A DNA stretch of 64,000 bases from Thermofilaceae archaeon (GTDB lineage Archaea > Thermoproteota > Thermoprotei > Thermofilales > Thermofilaceae): the NCBI GenBank assembly GCA_038861545.1, contig JAWCCZ010000001.1, positions 128,001 to 192,000 of the forward strand. The letters are read 5' to 3'. The notes below the pieces were generated by a model. The model saw only the letters and a list, made by a program, of their open reading frames with translations. It was not told the DNA's origin and did not search any database. Of the stretch, positions 47,976-57,999 are shown piece by piece. The first letter of the stretch is position 1; the number at the start of each line of letters is the position of its first letter. The translations under genes and the position numbers were made by a program.

Positions 47976-48848
47976 ATGCTGGTGCCCTCAAGGCGCGCTA
48001 AAGGTATGGCTTCACTTGTGGCTTTAACAGCTATCTGGGGGACGACGTTTCCGGCGATAAAAGTAGCGGTCGAAGGAGTAGGTTTCCTCTATTATGTTGC
48101 ATTCCGCTTTACCTTAGCATCGGCTATTTTAGCTCCTCTTGCTTTAAAAAAGTTTGAAAACCTTCGTAAATTCATACGAGAAGGAATGTTAATAGGTTCC
48201 TTATACTTCGGTGGAATTACGCTTCAAGGTTGGGGAATGGAATACACCCGGGCGTCGAACGCTGCTTTTGTTACAGGTCTCAGCGTAGTCTTCGTATATG
48301 CACTGGAAACTGTTCTGGGAAAGGTTAAGCTTAGCCTTCGCCTTACAGAAGCCCTGCTATTAGCGGTTTTCGGCCTCTACATGCTCTCTTTCAGCGAAGG
48401 GATTTACGAGTTAATGTTAGGGGACCTTATAGTACTAGCAGGTTCACTATTCTGGGCTCTTCAGATAATTTCAGTCGATAGGGTTGCTAAAGGGGATCTT
48501 TACTCGTTGCTTTTCCTTGAATGCTTAGTAAACGCCCTATACGCTTCTCTCTTAGCATTTACGCTTAGCGCCTTAAGCGTCGAAAAATTCAGTAATACGC
48601 TAATACCCTTAGCTTACCTAGCTACAGTGTGTACTATCGGCGCGAACGCCTTACAGTTGTACGGTCAGCGCTGGGTAAACAGCATCGATGCAGCTATGGT
48701 CTACCTTCTTGAGCCTGTATTTGCCTCTGTCTTTTCCTACATTTTTCTGGGGGAGCAACTGAGCCCTATGCAATTACTGGGCGCTTCAGCAATACTGACC
48801 TCCATGGCCGTCAGCATGACGCGGCATGAAGGAACGCATCGTGTATGA
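47976..48848 (+). CDS. DMT/EamA family transporter
   Basis: Motifs IWGTTF, RF, GDLIVL and LEPVFA; about 10 TM helices. Confidence 0.92.
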   Translation: MLVPSRRAKGMASLVALTAIWGTTFPAIKVAVEGVGFLYYVAFRFTLASAILAPLALKKFENLRKFIREGMLIGSLYFGGITLQGWGMEYTRASNAAFVTGLSVVFVYALETVLGKVKLSLRLTEALLLAVFGLYMLSFSEGIYELMLGDLIVLAGSLFWALQIISVDRVAKGDLYSLLFLECLVNALYASLLAFTLSALSVEKFSNTLIPLAYLATVCTIGANALQLYGQRWVNSIDAAMVYLLEPVFASVFSYIFLGEQLSPMQLLGASAILTSMAVSMTRHEGTHRV

Positions 48849-51528
48849 CACTGAACATAGTAATAATAGACCCCATATACAAGCAAGATACATGCACCCC
48901 GATCAGCAAGCAGGTAAATCTTGGGAGGAAATATCAAAGCTTTTATCGGAGAGAGTTGCTAAGATCGCTCCTTACTTTACATACCGAGGACGTAAAACCT
49001 ACGCTATTTCATTCCCACTTGGAGGGATTGGAAGCGGGAGTATCGGGCTCGCCGGTAATGGGCAGTTAATCGACTGGGAAATCTTTAACCGACCGAATAA
49101 AGGCAGTTTAAACGGCTTTACTTTCTTCGCAATTAAAGCAGAGTCTAACGGCGAGGTTTTAGACGCTAGAGTTTTGGTTAGCGATCATCACCCGCCTTAC
49201 ACAGGCGATGGCCGTGTTTTCGGGTTTGGACTACGAAGAGAGCACTTGAGCGGTTTACCACACTTTAAGGATTCAGAGTTTGAGGGGATGTATCCTATTG
49301 CTAAGATCTATTTCATTGATGAAAGCTTTCCTGGAAACGTTCGAATCACGGCATTTAACCCCTTTATCCCATTAGAGGTGGATGATTCAAGTCTTCCAGC
49401 GGCATTTTTCGAGATTGAAGTCGAGAACACAAAAGATTATCCAATTGAGTACACTATCTGTTTAACAGCTCAAAATCCCTCGCCACCCGGTAGAACGGTA
49501 AATGAGTACCGCGAGATAAAAGGTGTTAAGGTCTTATTGCTACATCCTCAAGGCGTGGATGAGAATAGTCCCGAGTATGGCATGCTAGCGATAGCGACGG
49601 ATGCCGTTGAGACCAGCTACCAAGAGTACTGGTTTAGAGGGTCTTGGTTTGACGACCTTCAGGTTTTCTGGAAGGATTTCACAGCAGTCGGTGGTCTGCA
49701 AAACCGGCGTTATCCGGGACCTCAAGTAGGGGTGAGGGATCACGCCTCTATTGCAGCCCGTTTAAAAGTGGAACCAAAGCAGGTTGCTAAAGTCAGGTTC
49801 CTAATAGCATGGTTTTACCCTAACTGTCGCAATTATTGGAACCCTGAATTCGATAAACCAAAAACATGGAGGAACTACTACGCTGTTCTATTCCCCAGTA
49901 TAGTTGAAGTAGTGACTTACTGCTTTGAAAACTGGGAGCACCTCTACAGCGAAACACGTGAGTTTAGGAATTGTCTCTTCGCCTCTACTCTTCCTGTCCA
50001 TGTAATTGACGCCGTCTCAGCTAACCTTTCAATTCTCAAGTCACCTACAGTAATGAGGCTTGATGACGGTTCGCTTTACGGTTTCGAGGGCTGCGGAGTT
50101 GATGCAGGATGTTGTGAAGGCAGCTGTGCTCACGTGTGGAGATATGCCGTAGCGCAGATACACCTTTTCCCTCGTCTTGACCGCACAATGTGGGATTTAC
50201 ACCTAAGGTACGGCGTGCAGTCAAACGGGAAAATGAACTTTCGGCTGATGCTCCCCCTAGGTAGGGAGTGGCCTTTCCCGCATGCAGCTGTAGATGGTCA
50301 GTATGGTTGTCTGCTTAGAGCTTACGCGTTTTGGAAGTTTACTGGTGAAAAAGAGTGGTTGAAAGAACACTGGAATCAACTTAAGCGTATGATCGAGTAC
50401 GCGTGGTCCGATGCTAACGATGATGCCTGGGACCGCGATCGAGATGGTGTTCTTGAAGGTCGGCAGCACAACACTTTCGACGTTGAGTTATTCGGACCCA
50501 ATGCATGGCTAACAGGTTTCTACCTTGCAGCTCTCAAAGTCGCAGCAGAGATTGCCGAGCACCTAGATGACGGGGAAGCTGCTAGAGAGTATGTACAGTT
50601 GCTAAGGAAAGGTAAAGCTTGGGTTGAAAATAACCTGTTCAATGGAGAATACTTTATCCAAATGGTTAACCTAAAGGATAGAGGGGTACTTGAAACGTAT
50701 ATAAAATCAGACCCAGATGTTTTGAAGGGATACTGGGATGAAGAGCATAGTGAGGTAAAGTACCAGCTCGGCGAGGGATGTTTCATAAGCCAAGTCGAGG
50801 CCCAATTCTATGCAAATCTCTTCGGTTTAGGCGAAGTTTTTGATAGAAATAAAGTAAGAGCAGCTCTAAACTCTATATATAGGTACAACTTCAAAAGCGC
50901 CCGCGGGCACTTCAACCCATGTAGAATCTACATGCTTAACGATGAAAAAGGGGTTCTCAATTGTTCTTGGCCTAAAGGCAAGGTTAAACCGACAATACCA
51001 ATTCCGTACGCTGAAGAGGTCTGGAGTGGAATCGAATACCTGGTTGCTGCCCACATGGTGCAGGAAGGATTAATTGAGGAGGCTTTAGAGATAGTTAAAG
51101 CGGTTAGAGAAAGGTACGATGGCGAGAAGAGGAATCCGTGGAATGAAATTGAGTGCGGCAGCAACTATAGTAGGTCATTGTCCTCTTATGCTCTCTTAAT
51201 AGCTCTAAGCGGTTTCGATTTCGACGCGAGGTCAAAGTCGCTTAGCTTAAATCCAAAAATTTGGGTCAACGGAGAGTTCGCCAGTTTCTGGTGTACGAGT
51301 ACAGCGTGGGGTATGCTTCATGCTTCGCAGGAAGAGTGTACGATAGCTGTAAGGCACGGCAATTTAGAGCTGAGAGCTATACGTCTCCCCTTCCTAGATG
51401 GAAAAGCGAGCCGGAAAGTAGTCGTAGGCGACAACCCCCTAGAGTTCGAAGTGAAGGATGGTGAGTTAATTTTCACGTGCACGGTCGTAGTGAGGGAAGG
51501 AGCAACATTAAGGATATCATCAAGGTAG
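48826..51528 (+). CDS. Glycoside hydrolase family 116 (GBA2-like beta-glycosidase)
   Basis: Motifs PLGGIGSG, WEIFN, GFEG, HNTFD, EEVWSGIEY, RYDG.KRNPWNEIECG..Y.R. Exact start uncertain. Confidence 0.9.
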   Translation: MKERIVYDTEHSNNRPHIQARYMHPDQQAGKSWEEISKLLSERVAKIAPYFTYRGRKTYAISFPLGGIGSGSIGLAGNGQLIDWEIFNRPNKGSLNGFTFFAIKAESNGEVLDARVLVSDHHPPYTGDGRVFGFGLRREHLSGLPHFKDSEFEGMYPIAKIYFIDESFPGNVRITAFNPFIPLEVDDSSLPAAFFEIEVENTKDYPIEYTICLTAQNPSPPGRTVNEYREIKGVKVLLLHPQGVDENSPEYGMLAIATDAVETSYQEYWFRGSWFDDLQVFWKDFTAVGGLQNRRYPGPQVGVRDHASIAARLKVEPKQVAKVRFLIAWFYPNCRNYWNPEFDKPKTWRNYYAVLFPSIVEVVTYCFENWEHLYSETREFRNCLFASTLPVHVIDAVSANLSILKSPTVMRLDDGSLYGFEGCGVDAGCCEGSCAHVWRYAVAQIHLFPRLDRTMWDLHLRYGVQSNGKMNFRLMLPLGREWPFPHAAVDGQYGCLLRAYAFWKFTGEKEWLKEHWNQLKRMIEYAWSDANDDAWDRDRDGVLEGRQHNTFDVELFGPNAWLTGFYLAALKVAAEIAEHLDDGEAAREYVQLLRKGKAWVENNLFNGEYFIQMVNLKDRGVLETYIKSDPDVLKGYWDEEHSEVKYQLGEGCFISQVEAQFYANLFGLGEVFDRNKVRAALNSIYRYNFKSARGHFNPCRIYMLNDEKGVLNCSWPKGKVKPTIPIPYAEEVWSGIEYLVAAHMVQEGLIEEALEIVKAVRERYDGEKRNPWNEIECGSNYSRSLSSYALLIALSGFDFDARSKSLSLNPKIWVNGEFASFWCTSTAWGMLHASQEECTIAVRHGNLELRAIRLPFLDGKASRKVVVGDNPLEFEVKDGELIFTCTVVVREGATLRISSR

Positions 51529-51587
51529 AATTCACGCGCCCGCGAGTTTTTTCTAAACTTAATTATTTTGATTTTTGATTCTATACA

Positions 51588-51905
51588 AGACGGATTAAAC
51601 TGATTTTCGAAGAACTGGCTCAATGCTTATCGAACTTACGGGTAAAATCCGATTACTGTATAAGTGATCCTGTGTTCATTACCCTTTGAGAGCGAGGCTC
51701 GGAGATGGGACAGGGAAGTATACTTCGAAACACCGATGTCAGTCGAAGAAGGGCATTTACCTCTTTTTTGGGCCGACGCCAGTAAGTAAGCTAGGCTAAG
51801 TGAGGCCAGCTAATCCAGTAAACGTAGTTGGTAAAGTCATCGGAGAACTGGATGTGCTAAAGGAAGTTAAAGACAGGAGAGAAGGTAAGGCTAGAGATTC
51901 TTTAA
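51588..51905 (+). pseudogene. Cyclophilin-like fold (TM1367/DUF369) pseudogene
   Basis: Fragments RRIKLIFE / LIELTGK / NPITV*VILCSLPFESEARRWDREVYFETP / IYLFFGPTPVSKLG*VRPANPVNVVGKV..LKEVKD / GEKVRLEIL*. Contains frameshifts, in-frame stops and an apparent internal deletion. Confidence 0.8.
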
Positions 51906-51985
51906 ACTAATTCGCTGAGGTCAGCGAGTGTGCAAAGTATCTAAAGATCAAAATATAAGTGTAATAACTAAAGGTATCTTCTAGC

Positions 51986-52627
51986 ATGCCCGAAGAGATT
52001 ATCCTCACTGAAGATAACATGGAAGATGTAGCCAAATATGTTGGAAGGCGTTTAACAGGGAAGGTAGCCGCTATTCCTACAGATACTTCGTATGGTCTAG
52101 CAGCAAGTGCTTACGATAATTTTGGAGTTAAAAAAGTTTTCAATATAAAAATGAGGGAACAGTCGAAAATGCTCTCAGTGTTTGTTTCCTCAGTAGACGT
52201 GATCCAAAGTATATGCGTTATAGACGAAATAGCTGAAAAATTTATCGAAATTTTACCTGAACGCTTGACATTAATTCTTAAGGTTAAAGAACCTAGAAGA
52301 TTTGCCCCAGGTATAGTGAGCCCAGAAAATAAAATTGGAGTACGGCTTCCCCCATACCGCTTTCCTCCACTACTAGCTAGAGAAATAGGTGAACCGATCA
52401 CCGCTACTAGCGCGAACATTTCCTGCGAACCTCCAATTTACAATCCGAGACTTCTGAAAGAAAAGTTAACCAATATTGATATAATAGTTAATGCAGGAGA
52501 GCTTCCACCAATACCTACATCTACAGTTATCGACGTTACTAAATTTCCACCGGTTATTTTAAGAAGTGGACCTGTTTCTCCTCAAGAAATTCGAAGAAGG
52601 TTAAAGATAGACGTGTTGGTTCAATAG
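51986..52627 (+). CDS. sua5: L-threonylcarbamoyladenylate synthase (short single-domain TsaC/YrdC type)
   Basis: Motifs PTDTSYGL, KMR (KxR), IGVR, TSANIS and STVID. Confidence 0.9.
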   Translation: MPEEIILTEDNMEDVAKYVGRRLTGKVAAIPTDTSYGLAASAYDNFGVKKVFNIKMREQSKMLSVFVSSVDVIQSICVIDEIAEKFIEILPERLTLILKVKEPRRFAPGIVSPENKIGVRLPPYRFPPLLAREIGEPITATSANISCEPPIYNPRLLKEKLTNIDIIVNAGELPPIPTSTVIDVTKFPPVILRSGPVSPQEIRRRLKIDVLVQ

Positions 52628-52695
52628 TTAAACTTAACTATTTTCAAATAGTAGCCAAAACCTGTATAAGCGAGGCATACGTATTTGAAGCGTTG

Positions 52696-52778
52696 AGCCC
52701 CGGCCGGGAATTGAACCCGGGTCCTCCGCCTACTTGGAGCTTTACCACGGCGGCGCTCTGCCACTAAGCCACCGGGGC
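52696..52778 (-). tRNA. tRNA-Thr(GGT) with an 11-nt intron at 37/38 (52732-52742)
   Basis: Minus strand reads GCCCCGG TG GCTT AGTGGCA GAGC G CCGCC GT GGT A [AAGCTCCAAGT] A GGCGG AGGAC CCGGG TTCAATT CCCGG CCGGGGC T. Full cloverleaf, U73 discriminator, CCA not encoded. Confidence 0.92.
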
Positions 52779-52838
52779 ACACTATTTAGGACTATTAGGA
52801 GATAAAAAAGTTCTTTCTCTTAAATTATTTTAGAAACT

Positions 52839-54173
52839 TTATACAAATGGTCTTGAGATACCTATGTCCCTTGCCATCATGTAAGGTGCTCTGACCGCTG
52901 GGCTAACTTCCCACCAGCTGATATCGTAGAGGTCTCTACCTAGGAGTTCTATGTTGGAGAGAAGCTTGGGTAGGCGATCCGCGATTCTTATACGGGTAAC
53001 CGGGTGTTTGATTTCTCCGTTTTCAACGTAGAAGGCAGCATCCCTAGCTATAGTTGAAAAGATGCCTTCTACATAGTTCTGCAACCTCGTGTACCAGTTA
53101 TTGGTAATTATTATACCTTTTTTCAATTCTTTAACCATTTCATCGAAAGTAGAGTCACCAGCTGGTATGCTTAGAGTCCAAGCGCGCGGGAACATTATGC
53201 CGGCATTACCCGTAGTTTTAGTTCCAAATTTAGCTGCAGTTTTTGAGTTGTGTAATAGGGTTTTTAGTATACCTTCTTCAATAATCGGCTTGTTCTCTGT
53301 AGATTGACCTTCCTCATCAAAGGATGTGGAACCTAATAGCTCCGGGTTCCTTGGGGCATCTATAAGGCTAAATTTCTCGCTCGCCACTTTAGATCCTGGT
53401 TCCGTTCTGGCAAACATTGAATTACCCATTAATACGGCTAGAGCACTGGCCATCATACCCACTAGATTCATCAGGTTGCCCACAACCATAGGCGACAGCA
53501 GTACGTCGTAAGCTCCAGGTTCGATCTGTCTCGGTTCTCCTTTAGCTATTTCGGCCAGTTCAAGGGCTGTTCCAGCCGTTTGTTTAACTTTCTCGATAAA
53601 TAATTTTCTGCTTCCGTAGGACCATTGTCCAGAAGCTTCTCCTAGGAAAACTCTTAAGTAAGCTTCAATACCCGTAGCCGCCTCTTTAAACTTAGCCCCT
53701 TTGGAGTTAGCTAACCCACGTTCTATGTAGGAAAGTGTCAATGCACCAGCAACACGATCAGCATTAGAGGTTGTGGATAAAAGTGTCTCAGCTAGAGGGC
53801 TCGGGTCCTCCATAGTTTTTACAATAGAGTCGTCAACAAGGTTAAGCGGTCTAATCTCGGCCGGCTCTGGTAAAGGTGTATACAATATACTTGGTTTAAC
53901 CTGCACTGAAGCGGATACCGCACGTTCGATTAGCCTATCCACCTGTTCGAGGGTAGTTGGATGAATTTCTGTGAGTAAAATCTTTCCCTCTTTTGTTAAA
54001 TAAAGGTTAACGGTAAGTGAGCTCCACCTCTGCACCACGCTTATTTCACTATTAGCTAGCTTCACCATCACGCTATTGCTTTTGTTGATTTGAACGGCCG
54101 CCTCTTCAAAGCCGCGTCTCAGTGCCGCTTGGACGATTTTCTCAGCAACTTCAGAAATTGAGTTGCAAGCCAT
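52839..54173 (-). CDS. tldE: TldE/PmbA family protein
   Basis: Motifs FDEEG, IIEEGIL, TTGNA and NNWYTR; no HExxH; lies directly downstream of tldD. Confidence 0.85.
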   Translation of the reverse strand: MACNSISEVAEKIVQAALRRGFEEAAVQINKSNSVMVKLANSEISVVQRWSSLTVNLYLTKEGKILLTEIHPTTLEQVDRLIERAVSASVQVKPSILYTPLPEPAEIRPLNLVDDSIVKTMEDPSPLAETLLSTTSNADRVAGALTLSYIERGLANSKGAKFKEAATGIEAYLRVFLGEASGQWSYGSRKLFIEKVKQTAGTALELAEIAKGEPRQIEPGAYDVLLSPMVVGNLMNLVGMMASALAVLMGNSMFARTEPGSKVASEKFSLIDAPRNPELLGSTSFDEEGQSTENKPIIEEGILKTLLHNSKTAAKFGTKTTGNAGIMFPRAWTLSIPAGDSTFDEMVKELKKGIIITNNWYTRLQNYVEGIFSTIARDAAFYVENGEIKHPVTRIRIADRLPKLLSNIELLGRDLYDISWWEVSPAVRAPYMMARDIGISRPFV

Positions 54174-55606
54174 TATCCGACCACCCCTAAGGGGATTCTC
54201 CTTAACCTTACGTCGGGACCCCCGAACCAGACGGGTACACCTTGGCTCGGTTCACCTTTCCCACAAGTTCCAGGCTCAAAACGTAACTCCCTGTCAGCAG
54301 CGTCAATGCTCGAGTAGAAACTCTTGGTTGTAACCTCAAGCACAGGGTTCCGCACAGGCTTCGTTAAATTCCCGTTTTCCACAAGGTAGCATTCCAGCCC
54401 GACGTAGCGCTGACCCCATCTAATATCGTCGATGTTCCACTCCATGTAGCTTTTCATATAGACGCCCAGCTTCACTTCTTCCAAAAGCTCTTCAAAGGTA
54501 TAGTCGCCTGGGGCTAAGTAGGTGTTAGCCATTCTAATGATGGGTTCACTATTATGGTCCATGGCACGGGCTGCAGCATTGCTGGTAGTCCCGAATAAAC
54601 TTGCAGTCCATCGGTTGTGGAGGTGCTCGTTGATTATACCCTCCTTGTAAAGATAGCGAGCTCTCGCAGGCACTCCTTCGTCATCGTAAAGGTAAAATCC
54701 ATAGCTACCCGGAATTGTCGGGTCATCAACCACCGTCGCGTACTTACCTCCTATGCGATCACCAAGCATTCCGGGTTTTATAAAGCTCATACCAGCCTGT
54801 GCTGCCTCTCTCCCCCAGATTCTATCAGCCTCGCTGGGATGACCGCAGCTTTCGTGGACTATTAAGCCTACGATTTCGCTACCAACAATTACGTCGACAG
54901 GCGCTTTAGGCGGTTCAACTCCTTCAAGTAGAATTTTCTCTAGCTTTTCAGCCTCCTCCGCGGCTTCTTCGGGCATCTTCCACGTATTCAGTTGTTCAAG
55001 CCCCCCGCTGCCGCCGAACGATCGAGAACGCTGAATAGTTCCCTTTTGAGGATGAAGCAATACAAAATTGTAGCCGATGCTAAGTCGCGGGACTCTGCTG
55101 ACCACATAAGCTCCATCAGAATTCATCAGGGTTTTCTCTTCTATTTCCTCGCTGTATCGAGCTATTAGCGTCATTAGTTTAGCATCTTTAACAGAACTCT
55201 TTACCCTGTCCCATGTTTCAACTAGGATGCTCTGTTTCTCATCTATGTCAAGCGAATCGAATGGTTTTAAACAGGTGACTTCATACTTTGCCTTGCCTAT
55301 TCTCGCCTCGGCAAACTTTATCGGGTTTTTCATTAGCTTGGAGTGAGCTTTAGCTAGCTTTACAGCTCTTGTAACTGTTTCTTCCGAATTACTCCAGTCG
55401 AGGGAACTTGTGGCGGAGAATCCAAGAGCCCCGTCGACGATAACTCTTATACCAATGCCCTCCTCAAGCTCTTCGCCGTAGCCTACCATTTCACCGTTCC
55501 TAGTGAATATAGAGGTTTGTAGATGGCGATGATAACGAGCCTCCGAGTAACTCGCCCCGAGCTTAAGAGCGAGATCCACACACTTTTGGAGTAACTCTTC
55601 TTGCAC
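54173..55606 (-). CDS. tldD: TldD metalloprotease
   Basis: Motifs GIGIRVIVDGALGF, HESCGH, YDDEG, RMANT and CGKGEP. Start placed at GTG 55606. Confidence 0.9.
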   Translation of the reverse strand: MQEELLQKCVDLALKLGASYSEARYHRHLQTSIFTRNGEMVGYGEELEEGIGIRVIVDGALGFSATSSLDWSNSEETVTRAVKLAKAHSKLMKNPIKFAEARIGKAKYEVTCLKPFDSLDIDEKQSILVETWDRVKSSVKDAKLMTLIARYSEEIEEKTLMNSDGAYVVSRVPRLSIGYNFVLLHPQKGTIQRSRSFGGSGGLEQLNTWKMPEEAAEEAEKLEKILLEGVEPPKAPVDVIVGSEIVGLIVHESCGHPSEADRIWGREAAQAGMSFIKPGMLGDRIGGKYATVVDDPTIPGSYGFYLYDDEGVPARARYLYKEGIINEHLHNRWTASLFGTTSNAAARAMDHNSEPIIRMANTYLAPGDYTFEELLEEVKLGVYMKSYMEWNIDDIRWGQRYVGLECYLVENGNLTKPVRNPVLEVTTKSFYSSIDAADRELRFEPGTCGKGEPSQGVPVWFGGPDVRLRRIPLGVVG

Positions 55607-55813
55607 GTTAGTGTCACATAACAATAAATAAAAGTTTAACGTTACAGCAGATTTTGCAAATACTTAACATCTAAGCCAAAGTTTTCGTTTTTCGATTTTA
55701 ACTACTGAATGTCGGCATTGCATAAGATTTGGGGTCCCCATAACCTTTCTCAAAGGTATTGCTTCAGTAAGTGCTGAATAAATATTTTTACGGGATATTA
55801 GAACTCTAAATTC

Positions 55814-56812
55814 ATGGAGGGATCTGAGCTGGCAAGACTGGTATCCCATTACTCCGCCACTGTCACTCTCAAGAGGGGTAAAGCTGAGGTCTTAGTTCTG
55901 GAAAGAGGGGGAAGGATTCTCACTCTACAGTATGACGGGTTGAACTTGCTTTGGGTTAATCCGAATATAAAATTAGTGCTAGAGACCGGCGGCTGGAATA
56001 CCGGAGGGTTAAGACTATGGATTTCCCCAGAAAGGAGCTTCTTTTATGAAAAACCGGCAGAATTTGGAGGGTGGTTTTGCCCAAGCGGGATCGACCCAGC
56101 TGAATTCAGACTTGTTAAAGCGGGGCAGGAAAGCGCTACCGTAGAAGGGTTTTTCGATGTTCAAGATAGAGTTACTGGCTGGAGATTATGCGCCTATACG
56201 CGTAGGGATTTTTACTTGTTGTCTGAAAACCGGCTGCTAATACGCGAAGCTCTGCTTGCTGACTACCCAGGCGACTTTAACCCCTGGGCGCTAGCCCAGG
56301 TTCCCCCAGAGGGAACCGTTATAGTGCCAGTTAAAAAAGGAGCATCACCAGTACACTATTTTGGGCCTATTCCAGAGGACCGGTTAAAAATAGCGGAGGA
56401 CCACGTGGCATTTAAAATTGATGCCAAGAGGGTATGCAAGCTCGGTATACGGCCTGAAGATCTGCCGGTAGAAGGCTCGGCTTTAATTGCCTATGTTTCT
56501 CAAAGTGATGGGAAGTGGACGCTGATAATGAAGAAGACGCACGACACGCCTCGAACACAAGCAGAGTGCTTAGACTCAGCAAGGTTTGATCCCAAGGGTC
56601 CAAAGGGATCTGTTCAGTCATATAATTCTGGTCCTGAAGGTGGAGCAGAGCAGTTCGGTGAAATCGAGTTACAGTTTAAGCCGGCAATCGATATAGGTAG
56701 ACGTAAAATAGCCATTGCTGAATACGAGGTAATTTTCACAGCTGGAACCGCAGGAGAGGTGCTTGAACTCTTAAAGAAGGAAACCGGAATAAAAAAACCC
56801 CAGCTCTTTTAA
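55814..56812 (+). CDS. Galactose-mutarotase-like beta-sandwich protein (DUF6786-like)
   Basis: GGRIL...LLWVNP..GG.RLWISPE and SYNSGP...FGEIE segments. Confidence 0.55.
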   Translation: MEGSELARLVSHYSATVTLKRGKAEVLVLERGGRILTLQYDGLNLLWVNPNIKLVLETGGWNTGGLRLWISPERSFFYEKPAEFGGWFCPSGIDPAEFRLVKAGQESATVEGFFDVQDRVTGWRLCAYTRRDFYLLSENRLLIREALLADYPGDFNPWALAQVPPEGTVIVPVKKGASPVHYFGPIPEDRLKIAEDHVAFKIDAKRVCKLGIRPEDLPVEGSALIAYVSQSDGKWTLIMKKTHDTPRTQAECLDSARFDPKGPKGSVQSYNSGPEGGAEQFGEIELQFKPAIDIGRRKIAIAEYEVIFTAGTAGEVLELLKKETGIKKPQLF

Positions 56813-57003
56813 GAACTCAATTTTTACCAATTATTAAATTTTCTGAATATATAGATCGACTATATGTTTGAGAAGGTCAAATTCCAATAATGGATTTGCT
56901 TAAAATAATAACGATAAATTTGCATGGGAGCATGGTTCTAATAGCTAACAGGTAATATATGCAGGAGCAGGCATATTATGTACCTTAGTTCCCTGTTTTA
57001 AGC

Positions 57004-57999
57004 GTGAAAGTAAAAGTCGGATTTATTGGCTGCGGAGGAATAGCGAAGCTGCATGCCGATGTTTTATCTGGCTTTGAAGATATTGAGCTCAGGGCTTTTA
57101 GTGACCTCAATAAAAGCAGAGCCGAAGCGTTTACTGCAAGATATGGAGGCAAAGCTTACAAAGATTATCGAGAGATGCTTGAGAAAGAAAGCTTGGATGC
57201 TTGTTTTATCTGTATACCACCCTATGCACATACTGATCAGGAAAGCCTATGCGCTGAGCACGGGGTTCATATTTTTGTAGAGAAACCGGTTGCATTAACA
57301 TTAGAGAAGGCTATAGAGGTGTTGAAAGCGGTTAAGAGAGCTAGTATTATTACACAGGTTGGATATGTGCGAAGATTCGCTGAATCCTACATGAAGGCGA
57401 GACATATTCTTCTTGAGAAGGGTGGCCGCATAGGGCTTTTCGAGGCGTGGTGGATAGGTGGCGTAGCTGGTGGCCCAGATCATTGGTGGAGGAGAAGAGA
57501 GCTAAGCGGTGGGCAGTTAGTTGAACAGTCAACTCATCTTGTAGACCTGGCTCGATGGATGGTAGGCGACGAAATAGTAGAGGTTTCAGCGTTTTTTGAA
57601 GAAGAACTTCTTAAAGATCTTCCCAACTTTAACATAGAGTCAGCTTCTACAGTAATCATGCGTTACAAGTCAGGTGCGGTTGCTTCAGTCACTAACACCT
57701 GCGCTGCGCAGCCTGGGGGGATGAGTGTAGGTTTCAGGGTTACAGCACAGAATCTTCAGGTTATGAGCGGATCAGGATGGTGGTCTGTAGTCGTAGTCGA
57801 GGGCGAAGAAAGCAAAGTATTTGACGTGTCAACCGAGCCCTATGTTGTACAAGATTTGCATTTCATTGATTGCGTAAAAGCTGGACGAGAGAGCGAAGCA
57901 CCTTACCTCGAAGGTGTTAAGACTCTTGAAGTGACTCTAGCTGCAGTTAAATCGGCTAAAACCAACCAGCCGGTTAGGCTACCCATGGCGGTCTACTGA
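57004..57999 (+). CDS. Gfo/Idh/MocA family oxidoreductase
   Basis: Motifs FIGCGGIA, VEKP and SGGQLVEQSTH. Confidence 0.9.
   Translation: MKVKVGFIGCGGIAKLHADVLSGFEDIELRAFSDLNKSRAEAFTARYGGKAYKDYREMLEKESLDACFICIPPYAHTDQESLCAEHGVHIFVEKPVALTLEKAIEVLKAVKRASIITQVGYVRRFAESYMKARHILLEKGGRIGLFEAWWIGGVAGGPDHWWRRRELSGGQLVEQSTHLVDLARWMVGDEIVEVSAFFEEELLKDLPNFNIESASTVIMRYKSGAVASVTNTCAAQPGGMSVGFRVTAQNLQVMSGSGWWSVVVVEGEESKVFDVSTEPYVVQDLHFIDCVKAGRESEAPYLEGVKTLEVTLAAVKSAKTNQPVRLPMAVY

Noticed and set aside
51529-52700. Possible integrated element at the tRNA-Thr 3' end
   Set aside because: No integrase and no duplicated tRNA 3' fragment (att site) were seen; the only intact gene is housekeeping sua5.
52839-55606. 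TldD/TldE as part of a RiPP biosynthetic cluster
   Set aside because: No YcaO, precursor peptide or adjacent maturase; stand-alone tldDE pairs are common in archaea.
55664-55849. 61 aa minus-strand ORF between tldD and the next gene
   Set aside because: It spans a divergent promoter region, overlaps the next start and has no protein-like features.
56813-57003. Imperfect inverted repeat (ATATGC...GCATAT) upstream of the second Gfo/Idh/MocA gene
   Set aside because: Only a 6-bp core in AT-rich DNA; not distinguishable from chance without comparative data.
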